36,830 nucleotides of DNA. Origin: Basidiobolus ranarum (taxonomy: Eukaryota). Where the stretch lies: contig JASJQH010006932.1 in assembly GCA_040143965.1 (NCBI GenBank), positions 1-36,830 of the forward strand. Direction: 5' to 3'. Positions 22,685 through 33,209 of the stretch are shown here, in pieces. Made by a program: the position numbers and the translations under genes. Position 1 is the first letter of the stretch. Each line of letters opens with the position of its first letter. The notes under the pieces were generated by a model. It had not been told where the DNA came from. It ran no database searches and saw nothing but the letters and a program-made list of their open reading frames with translations.

Positions 22685-23401
22685 TTAAAACTTCATAGCA
22701 TGAGGAGCTTGACCCTTTCTAAGGGTGAAGGAAGCGTTCAAGTATGAACGAAGGTGAGCGACTTGACCAACGGCAGCCAAAATCTCTTTGTCAACCAACT
22801 TTTGGTCAGCGGCACGAGATTCAGAGATGACCTTCTTGGGTTGCTTCTCATCGAAGAATTCTTCCTCAGTCTTGGCAGACTTGGCAGTCTTCTCCTTGTT
22901 GAAGTAGGCATCATCAAATTTCTCGTCAACGGTAACACTGCTCAAGTCAACCTTGGTAGAGGTGGCGATAACATAGGCTTGGTTAACACGTCTGAGGGGA
23001 ACTCCGTTGACCTTGTAAGGACCGGTGACCAATAATAAGCCAGAGGCGAGTTGCTTCAAGAAAACGACTCTCTTACCACGGAAACGACCGGCCAAAAGGA
23101 CGAGAACGGTACCGGGGGTGATGGTAGCACGGAGCTTGGTGGGCTTGGCAGACTTGCGGGTAGCCTTAGGTTGAGCAATATCCTCAGCAGGGTACCAACG
23201 AGAAGCCTTGTTCAAAGCAACAACACGCTCGCTACCGTTCTTCTCACCGTTGACCTTGACAGTCTTGGTGGTAGCAGGAGCGGCAGCAGGCTTTTCAGCG
23301 GCGACCTTTTGCTTCTTGTAAAGAGCACGCTTGGAGAAGGCGCTGGAACGAGAAAGGCGGGTGATGCCAGGAGCAAGGAAGGAGTTACGAGGCTGGTGCA
23401 T
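22685..23401 (-). CDS. RPL6: 60S ribosomal protein L6 (eL6)
   Basis: ITPGTVLVLLAGRFRGKRVVFLKQL, VTGPYKVNGVPLRRVNQAYVIATST. Confidence 0.98.
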   Translation of the reverse strand: MHQPRNSFLAPGITRLSRSSAFSKRALYKKQKVAAEKPAAAPATTKTVKVNGEKNGSERVVALNKASRWYPAEDIAQPKATRKSAKPTKLRATITPGTVLVLLAGRFRGKRVVFLKQLASGLLLVTGPYKVNGVPLRRVNQAYVIATSTKVDLSSVTVDEKFDDAYFNKEKTAKSAKTEEEFFDEKQPKKVISESRAADQKLVDKEILAAVGQVAHLRSYLNASFTLRKGQAPHAMKF

Positions 23402-23628
23402 CTTTAAACCACTAAAAATGACGAAAAAGGTTTAGTAATTCGGTTCAACCAATATTGATAACATATACAGTAAGGAGCAAAAGGTGATGATGTATGTATG
23501 GTAGGCACTAAATGGATATTCTCAACTATATTCGATGGTTCACAACAACGCCTCAAATGCTTCAAGTATATAAAATGTACTTCGTATGTGAAGTGGGTAT
23601 GCACTAATTTTTACAATCGGATACTTAC
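23402..23628 (-). other. 5'-UTR intron of RPL6
   Basis: Minus-strand GTAAGT donor at 23628 and AG acceptor at 23403-23402 directly before the ATG. The upstream exon has no ATG and begins near a pyrimidine tract. Confidence 0.7.
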
Positions 23629-24154
23629 CAATGATGGAGTATCAACAATGACCACTCTTGTGTGGATGGAGGAGAGAAAGCTCACTAAACTTTTGTCGAA
23701 GTCATTTATTCCTCAGATTGTTCAACATCAATATACCAGCAATTTCTGAGAAGCCACCAATCATTCTGTTTCACTGAGGAAATGAACAAAATTTTAGTGA
23801 TCCTCGCTGAAAATTTTCACACCATTCCAAGTGGTTCAGAAGGATACTTAACCTTCATCGATGTCTAACTAAAATTAGGATTGATCTTTGTTTTATCCCT
23901 GATAGACTTACACTACGCCTAGTAGGGATCCAAATGAGATCAAAATAAAATGTTGGAAAAAAAGACTAAAGCAATGAGGGTTAATCATTCATCGAGAAAA
24001 GTGAAAAAAAAATCAATGCGAATGAGGGGCTGCAACTGGGTGTAAAAATGGAAAAGTATACTTTCGAGCACTCTTGCGTTCACGCTGCATCGGTCGTGGG
24101 TGGAACTAGAATATATTTGTTCAGTAAAATTGTACCATAATACGTTCTACGAAT

Positions 24155-25769
24155 ATGGCTCAATACGATTTGACTTCCAAGATGGTCCCTTACTTGGATA
24201 GACATTTGGTCTATCCATTATTGGAATTTCTCTCCTTAAAGGAGGCAAGTTGTGCCCAGAATTTCCTTCAAGCTATTCCGATAATTAATACAAATCTATT
24301 CACCACTTTTAGATTTACCCTGAAGAGGACATCCTTCAAGCCAAGTATGATCTCTTGTCTAAGACAAACATGATTGATACTGCTGCTGAGTTGTACAAGC
24401 AAATTCATCACGTCGAAGATGCCCCCACTGGTTAGTTTTATACCCGGAACAAGACCTGGACAATTATTGGCTTTGCGCAAAAGAGATGTAGATTTATTAA
24501 TGCTTTGTTTATTCTCTTCAACTCATAGAATTCACTGACAAACGTAAGAACGTTATCGATACCCTTGAGGGATTACAATCAGAGGCTGGAAAGGTTCTGG
24601 AAGTCATCGAAAACCCAGACGTCATCTCTGCTTTGAGACAAGACAAATTCCAAAACTTGCAATTTTTGAGAGAAAAATATAACGTGAGTGAATCTCACTT
24701 TATGAATCCCTTCAAAGACCTTCCACTTATTTTTTACGTAGATTACTCCTGAAATGGTCTCTATTTTGTACCAATTTGGTAAATACCAATTCAACTGTGG
24801 TATCTATGGTGCTTCTGCTGATATGCTCTATCACTTTAGAGTTCTGGTATGTGTAGTTCATTGTAGCCTTGTACAAGTTATAGTGCTAATATCTGCTCTG
24901 ATATTTACTAGTCGACCGATAATGAAATGAACCTCTCAGCTCTTTGGGGAAAGCTTGCCTCTGAGATTTTGACTGGTAACTGGGAAGTCGCTCTCGAAGA
25001 CCTCCAGAAGCTTAAGGATGCCATTGACCAGAAGAATTTCCCTTCTCCTCTCCATCAACTTCAGCAACGTAGCTGGCTTATTCACTGGTCTTTGTTTGTA
25101 TTCTTCAACCACCCCAAGGGCCGTGATGGAATTATTGATATGTTCTTCCAACCTCAGTTCATCAGCACTATCCAGTCCAGCTGCCCTTGGATCCTTCGTT
25201 ATCTGACTACTGCTGTCATTACCAACAAGCGCAGAAAGGGAATCATGAAGGACCTTGTAAGAATCATTGAGCAAGAGTCATACACTTATCAGGATCCTAT
25301 CACTGAATTCATCAAGTGTCTCTACGTGAACTTCGACTTCGAAGGAGCCCAAAAGAAGTTGAGCGAGTGCGAGCAAGTCTTGGCCAATGATTTCTTTTTG
25401 GTTGCTACTTTGGATGACTTTGTCGAGAACGCTCGTTGCTTCATCTCTGAAACCTATTGTCGCATTCATCAAAAGATCGACATTGGTGATTTGTCACAAA
25501 CATTGAACATGTCCCAAGATGAGGGTGAGAAGTGGATTGTGAATCTCATTCGTGACACTCGCGTTGATGCTAAGATCGATTTCAAAGAAAACACTGTATT
25601 GATGAACACCAACCATCCTTCTATCTACCAGCAAGTGATTGAGCGTACTAAGGGGCTTTCTTTCCGCTCTCAAGTACTTGCTTCTAGCATTGAGAAGAGA
25701 GAGAATGCTGCTGCCGTTGCTGCTGCTGCCGCCGCTAGCGAAAGCGTTGCTGTCGAAGCTGCTGAATAG
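24155..25769 (+). CDS. EIF3E: Translation initiation factor eIF3 subunit E (Int6), 5 exons; first intron is GC-AG
   Basis: [53 protein letters not shown] domain [10 protein letters not shown]...EKWIVNLIR. Confidence 0.97.
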
Positions 25770-25988
25770 ATTTCATTTATTTACATCCTCTTTTCCAAAT
25801 CTCTTTACCAACATTAAATTCGTTCACCTTTTTGTTCTTCAAAAATAATCGAGAATAAAAAAATATAATCTGTACAGTGGCAAACCTCTCCAACCTTGTG
25901 CGTTCATTGTAAGTGTTTATTATTATAGACTGGGGTTAAATGTTTTAGATTTGCGGAGAGTACGGCAGATTTTATGTACGTCAAGTAT

Positions 25989-27275
25989 TCAAATGCCAGT
26001 CTCTCTTAAGCGTGTTTGCCCTTCACGGACGAAGCGTGGGTATGTATGATGAAACATTATGTTACGAACTTGAGCTAATGCTTTATCGAAGATATCTGGA
26101 GAGATGTCTTGAGCTTGAAAGCGGTACTGAATTTCATTTAATATTTCCTCATCCACGTGCAGTTGAAGCTCAGCCCCTTGAAGCATAAACTGATTGTAGA
26201 TGGAGCTTATCTCCAATAACACCTGGTTGGACATGCTCTCTTTTCCACCTTCTTGATCGTTACAAAGTACACGAAAACGCATCATCTGCTCGTAGAATAG
26301 TGCATTTTCTACGGTGAAATCCCGAAGTGAAAATCTCTTGAATACTTCAAACTGTTGCGGATCTTCCAGAATCGATTCGAAAGTGGCCATGTTGGATCTG
26401 ACTTTAGGTTGCCTCGTTCCTCTCATGGCATCGATGGTTGGCAACACAATAGAGATCAAATGGCTCAGGACAAAGGCTACAACACTCCAATGAGCGGCCG
26501 GGAATTTCAATAGCACATCTTCAAGCGATGGCAGCATTAAAAATATGGCGTAGAGTATGAAGGCAGTTATGCCTAGAGTGAGATCAGCAATCAATTCTCG
26601 CTTGATTCCGTAGACATCTTCTACACCGCGAATCCAAGATAAAAATATTGGACAGATTACCAGGACATAGATGGCCGATGTGGAGTAGATTGGAATAAAC
26701 TCCCAACCAATTAGACAATTTCCCGCTGCCATTGGAGAGATTCGAAATTTGGTGGTAAATATTTGCACCAGTATCGTTAGCACTACTTGTAATGCTACAG
26801 CGCCACCGATCCACTTCAACATATATTTAGTAGTAAATTTGTTTCGATGCTTGAAATACCAATTCTCATTTAGTGTAGGCAAAGAGTTGTCATCTTTCTC
26901 AGAGTTCTCAATATTCACACAATGTGGTTCATGCTCTTGATGTTCAACTGCCAGTTTGGCTTGACTAACTCGGTAAAGAAAGGCTAAGCGCGCAAACCGA
27001 CCAGCCATGGATGTAATCCATAATGGTATACCGACCGACGAGATCCATAAACTTAAAAAACAAGGGAATTGATTGATGGTAGGTTCCCGGCCAAGATATA
27101 GGGTGGTTACTAAGGCATTTCCGATAACCATAAGTAAGGACAAGGTCACACTACGATATCGAATCACTGGAGATTTACGCTGCCGGATGTACAGATAGGT
27201 AGTAGACAACAAGATTAAGAGCCAAACAACCGTTACCGGATAATAGATTTTTTTAAGCAGTGTTTCATCAATCAT
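25989..27275 (-). CDS. 7TM-RGS fusion receptor, copy 1 (intronless)
   Basis: Seven hydrophobic segments and a DVYGIKREL motif. C-terminal RGS box FESILEDP...FKRFSLRDFTVENALFY...IYNQF...IFDKA...TYPRF. Confidence 0.85.
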   Translation of the reverse strand: MIDETLLKKIYYPVTVVWLLILLSTTYLYIRQRKSPVIRYRSVTLSLLMVIGNALVTTLYLGREPTINQFPCFLSLWISSVGIPLWITSMAGRFARLAFLYRVSQAKLAVEHQEHEPHCVNIENSEKDDNSLPTLNENWYFKHRNKFTTKYMLKWIGGAVALQVVLTILVQIFTTKFRISPMAAGNCLIGWEFIPIYSTSAIYVLVICPIFLSWIRGVEDVYGIKRELIADLTLGITAFILYAIFLMLPSLEDVLLKFPAAHWSVVAFVLSHLISIVLPTIDAMRGTRQPKVRSNMATFESILEDPQQFEVFKRFSLRDFTVENALFYEQMMRFRVLCNDQEGGKESMSNQVLLEISSIYNQFMLQGAELQLHVDEEILNEIQYRFQAQDISPDIFDKALAQVRNIMFHHTYPRFVREGQTRLRETGI

Positions 27276-28368
27276 TATATTTGGGTTACTGCTCCACTAA
27301 AGCTAAAATGAGCTTGACGTCGGGTTTCTCGATTCGGAGGTAAGTACTGAAGTGAAAATTTGGATGGGAATCGAGCCAACATATATACAATTTAGATGCT
27401 TATACATGGAACGTCATTATTGATTGGGGATGGCCAAACTAGGTCGATATTAAGCTTACTTCAGTATTAGTTATCCTGAGGCAAGAGACGGTTTCTTGCT
27501 CAACGGTGTCTTTCTTGTATTACTGATACTCCTGAGTTTCTTACCATCATGTTACCTACACCCAACTTGTGAAATGAATCCAGTAATTCTTGATTTTTCA
27601 GGTATTGGGAGGTAGTGTTCATCCCCGGTACAATCATAATTCAAAAGAGTTGAGACTTTCCCAAGTTTATCGTAATTAGGCCATTCAAAATACTATTCAG
27701 CCACTGGAATTATGCATCAAAGAGCTGGAGGAGAAAAATCATCAATTTGGTTACATTTCGGTCAAAATAGCTGAATTGGTAGGGATGTTCATTCCAGCAC
27801 CTCACACAGTAATGTGATGATGGGAGTTTAGCCTCAAATTCCTAATCAGGGACCTCTTAGTGCTAAAGTAACGAAAAACTTACAAAAAATGACGACTGGA
27901 AATTTAGAAAGGATATGCATGGAACAGTGCCTTAGCACACGTAATTTCTACCAACTTGCGTTATAGTGTGCTACTGAAACAACGAACTGAATACTCTACT
28001 GAATGGGAATTTTATGCATAGTGCAATTAATCAATGTTTATCGTATTTAATTTATTTGTATCAAAACCATTCCCAGATAATGCTACTTTGATAATAGAGG
28101 AAGAATAAACAAGCAAATAGCATATACTGAGTGTATTCAGGTGTTAGAGACTCAGTATAAATATGTTATGCTGTTAGCTTTAGCCAAGTTTGAATTGAGT
28201 TGTGCAGTAAATCCGTAATAAATTATAAAGGCAACAGTAACAGTGGGGGTGAGAGCTTACTGCATATATATAACTAATAATTATGAGGGCACGAGAAAAA
28301 CATTTACCAATTAATAAATAGCAACTACCTACGAAATAAACAACACCTGTGACATATGAATTCAAGCT

Positions 28369-29685
28369 TTAGAAGTCAGTTTCTTGTAGACTTTTCTGGC
28401 CCAGCTTGATGAATCGTGGATAGGTGTAGCGGAACATCAGGTTGCGCACTTCTATTAAGGCTCTGTCGAATACATCGGGTGATATATCCTTTGTCTGGAA
28501 TCTTCTACGAATCTCTCGCACGGTTACTGCTTCCAGGTTGAGTTCGAACTCGGCATCCGCGGCAATGAACTTGTTGTAGATCATATTGATCTCGAGTAGT
28601 ACATCTACTGACATCTCATCTTTCTCTGCCTTCAAGTCATTGCAAGCGACACGAAGGCGCATCATTTGCTCATAGAACAAGGCGTTTTCAACACTAAAGT
28701 CACGAAGAGAGAATCGCTTGAAGATCTCGAACTGTTGAGGATCTTCCAACATTGATTCAAATGAGGCCATGCTGGAGTTGGAGCTTTGACGGTCGGTACC
28801 TCGGATGGCGTCAATGGTGGGCAAGATGATACTGAACACATGACTGATCATAAGGGCTACAACACTCCAGTGAGCTGCTGGGAATAGTCTGATCACATCC
28901 TTGAGTGCTGGAAGGGCTGCAAACACAACATACAACATGAATGCAATTACTCCAAGGGTGAAGTCGGCCATGAGTTCTCTCTTGATTCCATATGCATCAT
29001 TCACTCCCCGAAGCCATGAGATGAAGAGTGGGCATAGGACGAAGACGTAGAAAGCAGAGGTGAGATAGATTGGAATGAACTCCCAGCCAACCAAACAGTT
29101 ACCCAATGCAATAGTAGGGGTGATCTGGAACTTGGTGGTGAACGCTTGGACCAATAAAGTGAGTGCTAACTGTAAAGCCAAAGCACCGCTGATCAATTTG
29201 ACAATGTACTTGGTGGTGAACTTTTCACGATGTTTGTAGTACCAACTCTGGTCAAGTACCAGAGTAGGCGAGCTGGTCATCTTTTCCTTTGGAGTGATGT
29301 CGATGTAGTGGTCATTTGAGTTCTGGCTACCTTGGCCTGCCACAAGCTTGGCTTGACTGAAGTGATAGAGGAAGGCGAGTCTGGCAAAGCGACCAGCTAC
29401 AGCTGTGAGCCAAAGAGGCATACCGACCGAGGAGACCCAGATGTTGACGAAACATGGGAACTGATCGTAGGTTGGCTCACGGCCTAGGTAGAGTGTAGTG
29501 ACCAGGGAATTTCCGATGACCATGAACACTGACAGAGTGATGCTTCGATAACGAATGGCTGGCGAATCATGTTGCATGATGAACAGGATTGTGGTAGATA
29601 TGAGGATGAAGTTCCATGCGATTGTCAGAGGATAGTAGATCTTCTGGAGTGTGTTCCATCCACCATCAGTGCCTGTATTATCCAT
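28369..29685 (-). CDS. 7TM-RGS fusion receptor, copy 2 (intronless)
   Basis: Seven TM segments, DAYGIKREL, and an RGS domain with SVEN, ELNL and TYPRF. Confidence 0.88.
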   Translation of the reverse strand: MDNTGTDGGWNTLQKIYYPLTIAWNFILISTTILFIMQHDSPAIRYRSITLSVFMVIGNSLVTTLYLGREPTYDQFPCFVNIWVSSVGMPLWLTAVAGRFARLAFLYHFSQAKLVAGQGSQNSNDHYIDITPKEKMTSSPTLVLDQSWYYKHREKFTTKYIVKLISGALALQLALTLLVQAFTTKFQITPTIALGNCLVGWEFIPIYLTSAFYVFVLCPLFISWLRGVNDAYGIKRELMADFTLGVIAFMLYVVFAALPALKDVIRLFPAAHWSVVALMISHVFSIILPTIDAIRGTDRQSSNSSMASFESMLEDPQQFEIFKRFSLRDFSVENALFYEQMMRLRVACNDLKAEKDEMSVDVLLEINMIYNKFIAADAEFELNLEAVTVREIRRRFQTKDISPDVFDRALIEVRNLMFRYTYPRFIKLGQKSLQETDF

Positions 29686-30370
29686 TTAGAGAAGTGTCTA
29701 TGGGTAACTAAAGTAGTATTAGGTGTTGAAAGATTAGGTCAATGCTACCTGTGAAGGCTTTTCTTGTGATTGTTGGATAGGATGGCCATCGAAGACTGTT
29801 ATAAAGCTTTCAGATCTGTAATCCCAATCGCTTTCAGGGGAGCATACTATCCCCCATGTTACATGCATACGGTAGCTCCTGAGTTTAACTTGATTGAACT
29901 GCAAATTTACAGGAGCTGCTAGCACATTATACCTCCGTAAGTGGCTTTCTTTATGTTCAACAATTATCTGATACCTGCAGATTTGGACCTGATGGCATAA
30001 TAATTGGCCATATTTGGTATTTTGTTTACTCCAATTCCAACTCTATATATATAGCCTCCGTGCACTCTGCCCTCAACTCACTCATCTATGATGTAAAATC
30101 TGGTTAGATCCCTGTTATAAGCCCTTAGACTATGATAACTTCTTATAAAGCTACCAACATGAAGATTACCGAACCGAACATTTTGTGGATTAATATAGTG
30201 TGGATTAGTGTGAATATAAAGTGTGGATTTGAATCCATTGAAGATCTAGTTTGATGAGGTGCAGATAGAAACCATATTTCAGTGTCAGATTGATCCAATC
30301 AGTTTTTATTAGAGTTGATAATAAATAGCACTCCTCGTTATGTATTAATATCATTGACTTTTGACAAACT

Positions 30371-31684
30371 TTAGAAGTCCGTTTCTTGCAAACTTTTCTG
30401 GCCCATCTTGATGAAGCGGGGATAGGTGTAACGGAACATTAGATTGCGCACTTCGTTAAGAGCTCTATCAAACACATCAGGAGTGATATGTCTTGTTTGG
30501 AATCGTTGACGAATCTCTCGAACCGTAGCAGCTTCGAGGTTTAGTTCAAACTCAGCATCACCAGCAATGAACTTACTATAAATCATATTGATCTCTAGTA
30601 ATATTTTAGGAGGTAAATCCTGTTGGTCAGGTACTAGTTTTGAACATAATTCCTTGAAACGCGACATTTGCTCGTAGAAAAGAACATTTTCAACGCTAAA
30701 GTCACGAAGAGAGAATCGCTTGAAGATCTCAAGCTGCTGAGGATCCTCCAACATTGATTCAAATGAGGCCATGCTGGAGTTGGAGCTTTGACGGTCGGTA
30801 CCTCGGATGGCGTCAATGGTGGGCAAGATGATACTGAACACATGACTGATCATAAGGGCTACAACACTCCAGTGAGCTGCTGGGAATAGTCTGATCACAT
30901 CCTTGAGTGCTGGAAGGGCTGCAAACACAACATACAACATGAATGCAATTACTCCAAGGGTGAAGTCGGCCATGAGTTCTCTCTTGATTCCATATGCATC
31001 ATTCACTCCCCGAAGCCATGAGATGAAAAGTGGGCATAGGACAAAGACATAGAAAGCAGAGGTGAGATAGATCGGAATGAACTCCCAGCCAACCAAACAG
31101 TTACCCAATGCAATAGTAGGGGTGATCTGGAACTTGGTGGTGAACGCTTGGACCAATAGAGTGAGTGCTAACTGTAAAGCCAAAGCACCGCTGATCAGTT
31201 TGACAATGTACTTGGTGGTGAACTTTTCACGATGTTTGTAGTACCAACTCTGGTCAAGTACCAGAGTAGGCGAGCTGGTCATCTTTTCCTTTGGAGTGAT
31301 GTCGATGTAGTGGTCATTTGAGTTCTGGCTACCTTGACCTGCCACAAGCTTGGCTTGACTGAAGTGATAGAGGAAGGCGAGTCTGGCAAAGCGACCAGCT
31401 ACAGCTGTGAGCCAAAGAGGCATACCGACCGAGGAGACCCAGATGTTGACGAAGCATGGGAACTGATCGTAGGTTGGCTCACGGCCTAGGTAGAGTGTAG
31501 TGACCAGGGAATTTCCGATGACCATGAACACTGACAGAGTGATGCTTCGATAACGAATGGCTGGCGAATCATGTTGCATGATGAACAGGATTGTGGTAGA
31601 TATGAGGATGAAGTTCCATGCGATTGTCAGAGGATAGTAGATCTTTTGGAGTGTATTCCATCCGCCATCAGTATTATTATCCAT
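30371..31684 (-). CDS. 7TM-RGS fusion receptor, copy 3 (intronless)
   Basis: Same architecture; the 7TM part is identical in amino acids to copy 2. Confidence 0.88.
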   Translation of the reverse strand: MDNNTDGGWNTLQKIYYPLTIAWNFILISTTILFIMQHDSPAIRYRSITLSVFMVIGNSLVTTLYLGREPTYDQFPCFVNIWVSSVGMPLWLTAVAGRFARLAFLYHFSQAKLVAGQGSQNSNDHYIDITPKEKMTSSPTLVLDQSWYYKHREKFTTKYIVKLISGALALQLALTLLVQAFTTKFQITPTIALGNCLVGWEFIPIYLTSAFYVFVLCPLFISWLRGVNDAYGIKRELMADFTLGVIAFMLYVVFAALPALKDVIRLFPAAHWSVVALMISHVFSIILPTIDAIRGTDRQSSNSSMASFESMLEDPQQLEIFKRFSLRDFSVENVLFYEQMSRFKELCSKLVPDQQDLPPKILLEINMIYSKFIAGDAEFELNLEAATVREIRQRFQTRHITPDVFDRALNEVRNLMFRYTYPRFIKMGQKSLQETDF

Positions 31685-32442
31685 CTTCAGAATGACCTTT
31701 AAAGAGTAGCAGAAATAATTAGTAAATTTGTACCTACTGAAGGCGATTTAAATAGTTCATTCAGCCAACGCACGACTATTTCCGTAGGTAGAGACCACCC
31801 CGGACTGCATTACATTGCTCAACGTCACTTAGTATCATCTCATGAGAAACAACCTTGGAGTATATTTCAATGATTCCATGTGGTATCCTGCTTTTGGGTA
31901 ATTAGTTCAAACCGAAGAGTCTTGGGGTCATCTGGTAGCCTTTTTAATGCACACTTTGAGCCTTGGGATATTACTAACGAGATCCTAAATAGTTGATCCC
32001 TCAGTTTCTTTAGAAATTGGTCAACAATTTTTTGGATAATAGCTCAGTTTTTACCGAATTTAGTATAACGAACTTAGTCTGTGCCTCTAAATGAATCAAA
32101 TTGAATTGCATGATTGAGGCAGTGTTGCAGGTGGTCTCACGGGTGGTCTTACTAGCTGCATATGCTTTAATCAAGCGAAATCCCTAGATATCCCTTGAGC
32201 GTCTCCTGTATGAAGCAACTAGTGCACCTAGCCCAAGGGACGAATCCAAATATTTGGTGTTTACATGAATCAACTCTAACATCAGTGGCCAAAGCTTAAC
32301 TCATAATATTCTGATTTGCTTTTGATTAAATTCACCAATACCCGTTGATAGTGAATAGCAACACGAAAAAAAATGGATTTTTTTTATTTCATGTAAACTG
32401 TTGGTGAACGAGTGACTGGAAACGCGACCCTTAGCAAAAATC

Positions 32443-33014
32443 ATGTCAGATAACGAGGAAACCGAACAGCATATTCTCCCGGACACTGAAATGATTCAGG
32501 AATCCGAAGGTGAGATGGAAGAAGTAGAAGTTGAAACGGAGGTTGATACTGAGGAGGATAAAGTGGAAATTATCGCCGGTAGTAGTATCGATTTGACTGC
32601 CGCTACGTTTTGTCTCAAGAATGAGGACCACACTTTAGGAAACGCTTTAAGATACGTGATTATGAAGAAGTAAGAAATATTTTTATATCCTTTCTTTGCT
32701 CCTCAATCTTTCTAATACAACTTCTCACTAAACAGTCCTAACGTTGACTATTGTGGTTACACCATACCCCATCCTTCGGAAGCAAAACTTAATTTACGTA
32801 TTCAAACCGCAGGTAAGAGATTTATTTCCGTTGTCCAGACTTTCTCAAAGTTATATCAGTCGATTAACGTATTTATTTAGACGACACCACTGCGGTAGAA
32901 GCTTTACAAGAGGGACTCGATAATCTGACAGATATGTGCCAGCACATTCTCGATACTTTCCAAGGTGAATTTGAGAAAGGAGAATTCACATACGACGAGA
33001 AGCCTAACTGGTAG
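32443..33014 (+). CDS. RPC19: RNA polymerase I/III shared subunit AC19 (RPAC2/POLR1D), 3 exons
   Basis: [47 protein letters not shown]. Confidence 0.93.
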
Positions 33015-33209
33015 ATCATTCACCGGTACCTTAGAGTATTATAAGAATCAATAGAACTTTTACTTCTTGCGCACTTATTACGCGCTTGTATTACATATCT
33101 TTACTGAATTTCTAGTTCATTCCCCTGATGAAAAGCGTAATAAAAGCATTTTCATTTGTATTAAATAAATAGTGTACAGCTCAGTTCATATTTTCACATC
33201 AAATTTTAA

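Noticed and set aside
22754-23407. Plus-strand ORFs of 93 and 118 aa
   Set aside because: Antisense shadows of RPL6
23880-23945. Imperfect hairpin (TTGATCT/AGATCAA, ATCCCT/AGGGAT) in the RPL6/eIF3e promoter
   Set aside because: Single AT-rich hairpin with no convincing box motifs; compatible with chance
25705-25760. GCT/GCC repeat tract
   Set aside because: Simply encodes the Ala-rich C-terminal tail of eIF3e
32173-32300. GAAATCCC as an RNase MRP/P P4 strand
   Set aside because: No complementary GGGGCU-type CR-V strand found downstream
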